Below, one piece after another: positions 47,822 to 56,314 of a DNA stretch of 64,000 bases. The stretch is taken from NCBI GenBank assembly GCA_049520035.1, contig JBEKQE010000017.1, positions 3,289-67,288 of the forward strand. Reading direction: 5' to 3'. The position numbers and the translations under genes are program-made. The stretch is from Syntrophobacteraceae bacterium. GTDB lineage: Bacteria > Desulfobacterota > Syntrophobacteria > Syntrophobacterales > Syntrophobacteraceae. The notes beneath the pieces are model-generated. The model ran no database searches. It had not been told where the DNA came from and saw only the letters and a list, made by a program, of their open reading frames with translations. How positions within the stretch are numbered: position 1 is the first letter of the stretch; every line of letters begins with the position of its first letter.

Positions 47822-48703
47822 TCAATCCCTCTGCACGCAGGGCGACGCATCACGCAGGTTGATCTGGACCTCGGAGCGGCCACAAACGAGAAAGTTTTTC
47901 AGGGCGGCGGCGACCTCCCTGGGCTTTTCCCAGTGAAGCGCGTGGCCGGCATCGAATTCCTCCAGCCTTGAATGGGGTATTGCCGACAGCAGCGCCTCCT
48001 GGTCCCGCCGCGTGAATATCCGGTCCTGATTTCCCCAGACGATCAGCGTTGGAGCGTTAATGTCGCGCAGAATCGGCCCTTGGTTTACCTGGAGCAGTCC
48101 CGAAAAGGCCGACCGCCAAACGTGGGCGGGAACTTTCATGGTCTCGGAAACGATCATTTCCATGAAGCCGGCCGAAACAGGATTGGATGGCGCTTGGAAT
48201 TCGGCTGCGAAATTCCGGTCTATGGGGTCCCGAAGCGCATCGATACGAGGTTTGATTTCCCGAAGCATAGCGTTTCCAGCCGTGCCCGGCGAAGAACTGA
48301 TGAGGATGAGCCGCTCCACCCGGCCGGGGCATCGGGCGGCAAACGACTGGGCGATAAAGCTGCCCATGGAATGCCCGACCAGGTTCGCCTTATCCAGCTC
48401 CAAGGCGTCCATGAATAAGAGCAGGTCCTGGGCAAAATCCTCCGCAGCGTAGCAGCATTCGGGCTTGTCCGAATCTCCGTGGCCCCTTAGATCGAGCGCA
48501 ACAGCCCGGTACTCCCGTGGGAGGGCATCGAGCACCCCGGTGAACGATCTCCACGAATCAACGTAACCATGCAGGAACAAGACAGGGGGCCCCGCTTTTT
48601 CGCCCTTCTCCGCGTAATGGATCGTAGCGCCGGTCCCAAGCGGTATACGGCCGAAACGGAACTCATCGGCCCCGCGCGATGCGGGGCTTGCCGTGCTTGA
48701 CAA
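47822..48703 (-). CDS. Alpha/beta hydrolase
   Basis: HG oxyanion motif (LFLHGYVDSW), nucleophile elbow GHSMGS, and a C-terminal His region (DAGHALHWEKP). Confidence 0.8.
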   Translation of the reverse strand: MSSTASPASRGADEFRFGRIPLGTGATIHYAEKGEKAGPPVLFLHGYVDSWRSFTGVLDALPREYRAVALDLRGHGDSDKPECCYAAEDFAQDLLLFMDALELDKANLVGHSMGSFIAQSFAARCPGRVERLILISSSPGTAGNAMLREIKPRIDALRDPIDRNFAAEFQAPSNPVSAGFMEMIVSETMKVPAHVWRSAFSGLLQVNQGPILRDINAPTLIVWGNQDRIFTRRDQEALLSAIPHSRLEEFDAGHALHWEKPREVAAALKNFLVCGRSEVQINLRDASPCVQRD

Positions 48704-48726
48704 GACACCCTCCTTTCAAAGACTGA

Positions 48727-48828
48727 CACGGTGACGCGGAGACGCGGGGACATGGAGACGCGGAGACAAAATCCTAACCGCGTCACCCTATCACCGCGTC
48801 ACCGCGTCATCCCATCACTCCCTCACCA
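48727..48828. repeat. Octamer-periodic dyad element (GTGACGCG GAGACGCG GGGACATG GAGACGCG GAGAC / loop / CCGCGTCACC...)
   Basis: GACGCGG/CCGCGTC stems around the loop AGACAAAATCCTAA. The right arm is (GCGTCACC)n-like. Confidence 0.8.
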
Positions 48829-48984
48829 CGGCCCAGCTTTCCTGAGGCTCGGCAAGATATCCTGCTCATTAGGATAACATACCGATTACATTAATTATAA
48901 CTATCATACAACTGATTTTTCTAAAATAAAAGCGCCTTTTGAAAAGGCAAAAATTTTCCTGAAGACCAGACGGTTAAAGTAAAC

Positions 48985-49013
48985 TTGACGGGCGCCGGCA
49001 CTCAGACTTATAA
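48985..49013 (+). promoter_or_regulatory. Candidate sigma70 promoter for holC (TTGACG-17-TTATAA)
   Basis: Hexamers at 48985-48990 and 49008-49013 with a 17-nt spacer, about 50 nt upstream of the holC ATG. Confidence 0.3.
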
Positions 49014-49065
49014 GACTAAGAACTCCGGCTGCTGCGAATTCCAATTCGATGGAGCAGATGGAAAC

Positions 49066-49497
49066 ATGAGCATCTATTTCGCCGAGACAACTGTAGCTGA
49101 GCAAAGCGAGCTTGTTTGCCGCTGGACCGAGCGGTTTTATTTGGAGAAAAAGTGCGTCCAGATCGTGGTCGATTCGATGGCTGCGGCCCAGTTTATCGAC
49201 CAGTTGCTGTGGACATTTTCTCAAGCAAGCTTCATTCCACACACGATCTTCAGCCCAGGCGGGACGCCCCCCGCCGAGCCCGTTCTAATCACCCCCGGAG
49301 AGTTCCAGGTAGCCGGGTTTGGGGCGCTTGTATGTGAGCGGCCGGCAGGTCTTGAATTTATGACCAGGTTCGAAACCGCTGTCCATTTCATCCTCAGAGA
49401 CGACACGGAACGGCTGCAGCAAAGCCGCATCCTGTGGCAGAGGGCGCGCGACTCAGGGACCAATCCGGTCCATGTTTCATACGGGCGTAAGGCCTGA
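49066..49497 (+). CDS. holC: DNA polymerase III chi subunit
   Basis: The start is set at MSIYFAE. The pattern QFIDQLLWTFSQASFIPH is typical of HolC. About 143 aa. Confidence 0.7.
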   Translation: MSIYFAETTVAEQSELVCRWTERFYLEKKCVQIVVDSMAAAQFIDQLLWTFSQASFIPHTIFSPGGTPPAEPVLITPGEFQVAGFGALVCERPAGLEFMTRFETAVHFILRDDTERLQQSRILWQRARDSGTNPVHVSYGRKA

Positions 49498-49963
49498 TGC
49501 CCTGCGGTATCAACACCTCGCGGGGTGTGGAATATGGCAATCCGCGCGCTCCGCCGGGTGTGGATTTCTTTCTTGTCCTGCCGTGAGATCGCTGGAAAAA
49601 ATATTGGCAAAAATTGAAATTTGGTTTAGAAGGTGAAAGATACGGTGAGTTAGTTTCAAGGTGCGGCATCGAGGATCGAGTGCGTATTTTCGGGGGTGCG
49701 TTGGGCAATTGTTGCATGCCAAATGTAAATACTTGGGCGGGTCTGGCGGGCAAAGACCTTGACATAGCCAGGCGGGCGGCTGGTACATTGTAACGTGGAT
49801 TATTTCGCATTGGTGCAGGGTGGGCAAGATGAAACCTTCCCCACCCTATAGTAGTGTTATACGAAGTTACAAGAGTCACGTGGTGCTGGAATGGTCGGGC
49901 TGTTTGTCGAGTGGCGGTGAATCTTGCGTTCTGTTTGAAAGTTGACATGGAGGAGTAGCTGAT

Positions 49964-51517
49964 ATGGGAATAGTTGCGGACAAACTCAAAGAACTTCGTG
50001 AGAAAGAAGCCAAGATCAGGGAAATGGGCGGCTCCAAAGCCGTGGCCCAGCAACTGGAACGCGGGAAGATGACCGCCCGAGATCGTTTGAATTATTTCTT
50101 TGATCCCGGGACCTTCCGTGAACTTGACATGTTTGTGAAACACCGGGGAATTCTTTTCGGGATCGATAAAATTGATGTTCCTGCGGACGGAGTCATCACC
50201 GGTTTTGGAAATGTGAACGGACGCGAGGTTTTCGCGTTTGCGCAGGATTTCACTGCGCGCGCGGGCAGCCTTGGCGAAATGCACGCCAAAAAGATCTGCA
50301 AGGTAATGGACCTCTCGCTTCGCGCCGGCAAGCCAAACGTTGGCTTCTGCGATTCGGGCGGCGCGCGTATCCAGGAAGGCGTCGATTCGCTCTCCGGCTA
50401 CGGCCAGATATTCTACCGCAATGCAATCTCCTCGGGGGTCGTTCCCCAGATTTCTGCCATCATGGGTCCATGCGCCGGGGGCGCGGTCTATTCGCCCGCG
50501 ATGACCGACTTCGTTTTCATGGTCAAGGGGACAGGGCTGATGTTCATCACCGGTCCCGACGTCATAAAGTCGGTTTTAGGCGAAATTATTACACAGGAAG
50601 AGCTTGGCGGGGCCATGACTCACAACTCCAGAAGCGGCGTGGCCCAGTTCGCTGCCGAAAGCGACGCCGATTGTATCGACCAGATCAAGCGGCTGCTCTC
50701 CTATTTTCCTGACAACAACATGGAGGACCCTCCCTACCTCGATACCGGGGACGATCCCAACCGTCCGTGCCCTGAACTCGACTTCATCATCCCTGAAGCT
50801 ACAATGGGCGCATACGATATGAAGGATGTGATCCGCTCAATCGTTGACAACATGGAGTTCCTGGAGGTGCACCAGTATTTCGCCCAGAACATGATTGTCG
50901 GCTACGCCCGCCTGGACGGAAGGACTATCGGTATAATCGCCAACCAGCCCAAGGTGCTGGCCGGATGTCTCGACATCGATTCATCTGACAAGGCAACCCG
51001 TTTCATCCGCACATGCGACTGCTTCAATATCCCGATGCTGACCATTGCCGATGTTCCCGGCTATCTGCCCGGCAGGCAGCAGGAATGGGGCGGCATCATT
51101 CGCCATGGCGCAAAGCTGCTCTGGTGCTACTCGGAATCGACCGTTCCCAAAATTACCCTGACCACCCGCAAGGATTACGGGGGATCGTATCTGGCAATGT
51201 GCTCGAGCGACCTTCGGGCCGACTTCTCCTTTGCGTGGCCAACGGCCGAGATCGCGGTCATGGGCGCCCAGGGCGCGGCAAACGTCATTTTCCGCCGCGA
51301 GATCCAGGAAGCCGCCGACCCGGTGGCCAAGCGCCAGGAGGTTATCGACAACTACAGCAAGGCGCTCTATAACCCCTATATTGCGGCCTCCCGCGGCTAT
51401 ATCGACGGCGTGATAATGCCTTCCGAGAGCAGGGCGCGCCTGATCGAGGCCTTCAGGGTCATCAGCAACAAACGCACGTCGCTTCCGCCCAAGAAGCACG
51501 GCAACATTCCTCAATAA
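49964..51517 (+). CDS. Acyl-CoA carboxylase carboxyltransferase subunit (methylmalonyl-CoA carboxyltransferase / propionyl-CoA carboxylase beta-like)
   Basis: ARDRLNYFFDPGTF, GGARIQEG, MGPCAGGAVYSPA and GIIRHGAKLL motifs. 517 aa. Confidence 0.9.
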   Translation: MGIVADKLKELREKEAKIREMGGSKAVAQQLERGKMTARDRLNYFFDPGTFRELDMFVKHRGILFGIDKIDVPADGVITGFGNVNGREVFAFAQDFTARAGSLGEMHAKKICKVMDLSLRAGKPNVGFCDSGGARIQEGVDSLSGYGQIFYRNAISSGVVPQISAIMGPCAGGAVYSPAMTDFVFMVKGTGLMFITGPDVIKSVLGEIITQEELGGAMTHNSRSGVAQFAAESDADCIDQIKRLLSYFPDNNMEDPPYLDTGDDPNRPCPELDFIIPEATMGAYDMKDVIRSIVDNMEFLEVHQYFAQNMIVGYARLDGRTIGIIANQPKVLAGCLDIDSSDKATRFIRTCDCFNIPMLTIADVPGYLPGRQQEWGGIIRHGAKLLWCYSESTVPKITLTTRKDYGGSYLAMCSSDLRADFSFAWPTAEIAVMGAQGAANVIFRREIQEAADPVAKRQEVIDNYSKALYNPYIAASRGYIDGVIMPSESRARLIEAFRVISNKRTSLPPKKHGNIPQ

Positions 51518-51530
51518 CAGTGGGGTGGAC

Positions 51531-51565
51531 AGGCGCCGTCCCGAACGCGATCCGGGGCGGCGCCT
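51531..51565. terminator. GC-rich 13-bp hairpin between convergent genes (no U-tract)
   Basis: AGGCGCCGTCCCG-AACGCGATC-CGGGGCGGCGCCT. Confidence 0.35.
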
Positions 51566-51622
51566 CCGCCGCCTGCGTCCCCGCCGCGAATCCTGCTTAC
51601 CGCACTTTGCTCATTATCAATT

Positions 51623-53740
51623 CTACTTGGATGTCTGAGACTCTATTCCCTGCCAATCATTTTCGGGAGGATTAATTTGAAAGTGTTCGCTACGGGAAAG
51701 GTAAAAGTTTGTTGGGGCATCTTGAGGAAATTTGACTGACAGGTCCATGAAAATCTCGCAGGCCTTGTTCCAATTTTTAGCCTGATAGGCTTCGAGTCCC
51801 AGAGTGAAATTTTCGCACAACTCGCCGGCATGATTGGAACCTGCTTCACTCCTTCTGCCCACCAGCTCGTAAATCGCCATTCCCTTGCTTTTTCCTTTCA
51901 AAGCGACAATACCAAGCGGCCTGAACAGGAACTTCCTGGACGCGGCCTCATAAGTCCTTCCGGAAACAATCACTTGCGTGCCATACATTTTATTTGCCCC
52001 TTCCAGGCGGCTGGCCATGTTGACATTGTCGCCCATCACCGTATAGTTCATCCGTTCGTGGGACCCTACATTGCCGACCACGGTTGGGCCGGAGCTTATG
52101 CCGATTCTGGTGGTCAGGGCGCTCTTGCCTTCCATTATCCATTTTCGATTCAGTTCGGCGATTTTTTCCTGACAGGCCAGACCGGCTTCACAGGCGTTCA
52201 CCGCATGATCCTCGTCACGGACCGGCGCTCCCCAGAAAGCCATAATAGCGTCTCCAATATACTTATCTACCGTTCCTCTGTGACGGGTCAAGATTTTGGT
52301 GAGTTCGTCAAAGTATTCGGACAGGTGCAGCATCAGTTGTTCGGGGGTCATGAGTTCAGCGATGGATGTGAACCCCGTGATATCGGAAAACAGTACGGTC
52401 AGTTCTCTTTGTCGCCCGCCCAACTGTGCCCCTTCTCCTGTGCTTATAAGTTGACGCACCAGTTCTGAGGGCACATACTTGCTGAACGCATGGAGTCCCC
52501 TCTGCATCGATGAAACGGCGTCTCTCATCAATTGGATTTCTTTCATTCGAGAGGGGATGACGATTTTTTCGTCCAGGTTGAAGCTCTTTATTTTCACGGT
52601 TGCTTCGGCTATGAGCCGAAAAGGACTGGTAATGCTTCGGGAGACCAAAAACGCCAGAAAAACGGCAAGCGCGAGCATGACCGTAGAGATGAGAAGCATT
52701 ATTATCATCGACTGCCTTGCCTCGCCCACAAAATCGTTTTCAGGAACCAACACCGCAATTTTCCATCGCACTGGAAAAGGTTCGGGAATTTCCGTAAATG
52801 AAGCGAGATATCTCATCCCTTTGCACTCAACCACAGCCCTGGTCTTCCCGGTGTTCACATGTTCCCGGTATGCGGCGCTCAGGGGCTCCAGCCCGAGTTC
52901 TTCTACCTTGACCGGGCGCAAGGCCCCGTTTTCTTCCCTTGCGATCAGTGAATGGTCAGGGTAGGCGACAATTTCGCCCTTTTCGTTTATGATCAGCTCT
53001 ATGCCGCTCTTGCCGATTTTTTGTGTTTTCAGGAAGTTGGATATCTCATCCAACTCGATGTCCATTGCCCAAACGCCCGCAAACTTTCCATCACGGTCAA
53101 ACAGGGGGTGGGAAGAGGTAATTGCCGGTTCCTGGCTGCTAAAGGATATATACACATCTGTCCAAAAGTTTGCCCTTGTCTTCTTTGCTCCCACATACCA
53201 CGGACGCACCCTGGGGTCGTAATCGATGTGATTGGACTCCATGGTTCGGGCCACTTTCAATGCAGTATCCCGAAATATAAGACAACTCGTCGGCGGCGAG
53301 GCGGAGGCTTTGATGATCCAGCTTTCCGTAGTTCCATCAGCTAGTCTCCACGCATGCACGTAATTCCCCTGCTCATCTGCGAGATAAAACATCGAGATCT
53401 GCGGATAAGATTTGAGGACCCCGAGGGTGTACATTTCCATCTGCTTGAAATCTGTGAATGAAATAGCCCCAAGTTCGGTCAGCCTTGAACTCATTTCGAC
53501 CGCAACGGACGCGGGCAAGAAATGATTGGCTGTTTTTTCAATTACTGTTTTGGAAGTTTGCTCTATTAAGTCGTTGGCAAGGTCTGAAATGATAGTTTTG
53601 TTCCGATAGTAGCCAAAAAGGATGATAGGCAAAGCTGTTGTCACAAGCAAACAGACAAAAGCAACAACCATGGTGACGTAAAAACTTACGCTTTTGAAAT
53701 CAAACGACTTTCGATTCAGTTGTTCAGCAGATGCCGACAT
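51623..53740 (-). CDS. Class III adenylate/guanylate cyclase with periplasmic Cache sensor, HAMP domain and C-terminal helical-repeat region
   Basis: TM, Cache-like ectodomain, TM, HAMP, then a cyclase core (LTVLFSDITGFTSIAE...DKYIGDAIMAFWGAP...GPTVVGNVGS). Confidence 0.85.
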   Translation of the reverse strand: MSASAEQLNRKSFDFKSVSFYVTMVVAFVCLLVTTALPIILFGYYRNKTIISDLANDLIEQTSKTVIEKTANHFLPASVAVEMSSRLTELGAISFTDFKQMEMYTLGVLKSYPQISMFYLADEQGNYVHAWRLADGTTESWIIKASASPPTSCLIFRDTALKVARTMESNHIDYDPRVRPWYVGAKKTRANFWTDVYISFSSQEPAITSSHPLFDRDGKFAGVWAMDIELDEISNFLKTQKIGKSGIELIINEKGEIVAYPDHSLIAREENGALRPVKVEELGLEPLSAAYREHVNTGKTRAVVECKGMRYLASFTEIPEPFPVRWKIAVLVPENDFVGEARQSMIIMLLISTVMLALAVFLAFLVSRSITSPFRLIAEATVKIKSFNLDEKIVIPSRMKEIQLMRDAVSSMQRGLHAFSKYVPSELVRQLISTGEGAQLGGRQRELTVLFSDITGFTSIAELMTPEQLMLHLSEYFDELTKILTRHRGTVDKYIGDAIMAFWGAPVRDEDHAVNACEAGLACQEKIAELNRKWIMEGKSALTTRIGISSGPTVVGNVGSHERMNYTVMGDNVNMASRLEGANKMYGTQVIVSGRTYEAASRKFLFRPLGIVALKGKSKGMAIYELVGRRSEAGSNHAGELCENFTLGLEAYQAKNWNKACEIFMDLSVKFPQDAPTNFYLSRSEHFQINPPENDWQGIESQTSK

Positions 53741-54000
53741 TTATCACCTCAGCATAAAGAGCGGTGACCCGGTAAGTGGGCGAAACAGGCAAAAAGGCAG
53801 CGGAAGCCGGCAGCGAGAATAACGAAACGGCAAACGGGAAGCAAAATCATGTTTCCTACCCGGTGTTTATTGCTTCACGCCTCGGCCTTCTTAGTCCGCT
53901 CTGCAATTCACCAGCTCAGCCAGCTTGTTGCACACTCTATGCCGTACATTTTCTAAAACAGATGATCGGAATTCCTCTGTCCAACCTTGAATCCCAAACA

Positions 54001-54202
54001 CGCGGGGAGACGGGGATGCGGGGAGAAGGGGACGCGGAGACGCGGGGACGCGGAGACGCGGGGACACGGAGACGTGGGGACACGGAGACGTGGGGATGCG
54101 GAGACGTGGGGATGCGGAGACGCGGGGATGCGGAGACGCGGGGATGCGAAGACGCGGGGATGCGGAGACGTGGGGATGCGGAGACGTGGCGACCCGGAGA
54201 CA
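54001..54202 (+). repeat. Tandem array of a 16-bp unit GGAGACGYGGGGAYRC (10 full units at 54036-54195 plus degenerate flanks)
   Basis: Units counted directly. The array ends in the core GGAGACAAAACCCTCTCCGCGTC. Confidence 0.95.
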
Positions 54203-54299
54203 AAACCCTCTCCGCGTCTGCTAAAGGGGAGAGGGAGACGGGATACGGTCAGCATTCGACGCTTTCGCTTTCCGGCTCACCGCCTCTTAGGCGCGTGGT

Positions 54300-54764
54300 T
54301 CACACACCCGCATTAACATGTTCAATACTGGAGAAGTTTCTTTTCCCGGCCATCAGACTATTTTTTCGGCCGGTCTTTTCTCTGTTTAACGCCGAAGCGA
54401 TACACGGGTTGTTTATGAAGTGTTGTTTCGCCGATTCGAAACTTGCGGGGTCCATTTCGATGAGTTGTCGAACTTCCTCATCCAATGGCTCGTTTGAGTT
54501 TTCGGATTCAAAGAGCAAAGCGGCCACAATTATTCTGAACGAGTCGTCCGGTATGCTCAGGGATTGGCAATCGACGATCAGTTCGCACAATCTGAAGAAG
54601 AAATCCGAGGCATGCTCGGCTTCCTGAAGCTCCCTCGAATAATTCTGCACCTCGGCAAAAACCCAGCTTTTGAAATGGCCCCCTGGGCTCAAAGGGAGGC
54701 CGTTGAGCAGCATTTCCCTGATCTTGTCCCTGAAAGTATCATGAGTGCGTAGACCCGTTTTCAT
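54300..54764 (-). CDS. Hypothetical protein (154 aa)
   Basis: Uninterrupted ORF with ordinary composition. No family was recognised. Confidence 0.45.
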   Translation of the reverse strand: MKTGLRTHDTFRDKIREMLLNGLPLSPGGHFKSWVFAEVQNYSRELQEAEHASDFFFRLCELIVDCQSLSIPDDSFRIIVAALLFESENSNEPLDEEVRQLIEMDPASFESAKQHFINNPCIASALNREKTGRKNSLMAGKRNFSSIEHVNAGV

Positions 54765-55054
54765 TATTCCTCCATAGCCCCTTTTGCACGCAACCGCTCG
54801 ACTGGAAACTCCGGATTAGGTTGTGTGTTCTCACTCAAATCCTTAAAATAAAAAACTCACCGCAGGGACGGTCTAAAATTCCGCTTTCCGGCATCCTACA
54901 GGGTGCCTAACGCAGTCAAGGTAATACCCAGGGGTATTGATGTCTACGGGACGAAGCCTTCGAAGTAACGGACACATACCGGGGAGTTGATTTTATTTCC
55001 TCACCGTATGCGGGCGCCCGACTTTTCGCGATGATTCAATACAGGCGCAAATCC

Positions 55055-56314
55055 ATGGAAATTGACGTACTCTGTGTCGGACTTGCCTCATACGATCTCG
55101 TCTACTCGGTTGACCGCCATCCGGAAGCCGACGGGCGGTGGGACCGCCAGCCAGAGTTGCCACTCAAATCTTCGGCGGCGGCCGAAGAGACGAAGTGCTT
55201 TGCGACCGGCCTTCTCATGGGTGGAGGAGGTCCGGCGGCAAATGCTGCGGTCACTGTTGCAAGACTCGGCGGGATAGCCGCCTTCGCCGGATACCTGGGC
55301 AGGGATATCTTCGGGGATATGCACTTGGAAGAGCTGCCCTCCGAAGGCGTGATAACGAGCCTGGTGGTCCGCGATGAGAAGCGCGCTGCAAGTCGTTAAC
55401 CAGGCGCCGCCAGAGGTTTGAGCGCCCAATCCGGCTGCGGCGCCTTGCCGTCCACCCCGCTATCCTCGATCATCGTCAAGCCTGACGGAAAAAGGAGCGT
55501 TGTAACCCATAAAGGCTCAACACCGGTCCTTGAGCCGGACCAGGTGGATTTTACTCCGGTGAGGCCGCGCGCAATTTTATTCGACGGACACCAGCCGGCC
55601 ATCGCTGTTCCCCTGGCCAAAAAAGCGAGGGAGCAAAACATCCCGACCGTTCTGGACGCTGGATCGGTCCACGAGGGGACCTTGGAGCATGCGCCCCTTT
55701 GCGGCTATCTGGCGGCCTCGGAGAAATTCGCGCGCGATCCGAGCGGGGAAAAAGACCCCGCCAGGGCTTTAGGTTTCCTTGCCCAAATAGCCCCGGTGGC
55801 AATCATTTCCCTGGGCGGGGCCGGGCTTATATGGGCCGCCGGGGCTGAGGGACCCGCCTTGCGGGTGGGCGGGCGGGCTGTCGCGATCACTCAAACCTTC
55901 GGCGGCGGACGGAGAGACACCGAGAATCCGGCTGCGGCGACAAGGCCGCCGGAAACAAACGGGATGGAGTGCGGCCCACCGCTTCGGCGGCGGGGGGAAC
56001 AGGAAGGCGGAAGCATCGAAGCCTTTCCGGTCGATGCAGTCGGTACAACGGGGGCCGGTGAGATTTTTCACGGCGCATTGCCCTTGCGGATAGCCGGTGG
56101 AGAGGACCTTTTGTGCGCCCTGCGATACGCTAGCGCAGCCGCCGCCCTTGGGTGCGCTAAAATGGGCGCTCGGGCGGCCATCCCCACCAAGGCTGAAGTT
56201 GAAGAGTTTCTTATTCAGTACGTGTGCGGCCGAGTATCGGGTATCAGGCAGGCTTGCGCACATCCGGGGCGATTTCCGGCTCTGCGGAGCCGATCAGCCA
56301 CTCTTCCAGGGTAG
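55055..56314 (+). pseudogene. PfkB-family carbohydrate kinase, disrupted
   Basis: PfkB segments MEIDVLCVGLASYDLVYSVDRHPEADG / GGGGPAANAAVTVARLGG / IIVKPDGKRSVVTH / VDAVGTTGAGEIFHGA are split by a TAA at 55397-55399, a frame change, and three insertions carrying shared short repeats. Confidence 0.6.

Noticed and set aside
49704-49722. Sigma54-like TTGGGCAATTGTTGCATG upstream of the carboxyltransferase gene
   Set aside because: The GG-to-GC spacing is 1-2 nt shorter than the canonical -24/-12 spacing.
54001-54202. Possible CRISPR array (regular short repeats)
   Set aside because: The period is only 16 bp with no unique spacers between units, and no cas genes are nearby. It is a plain tandem repeat.
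53776-54627. 283-aa ORF with RRGDAETRG repeats
   Set aside because: It is a translation artefact of the 16-bp tandem array. Its flanking parts overlap the better minus-strand ORF at 54300-54764.
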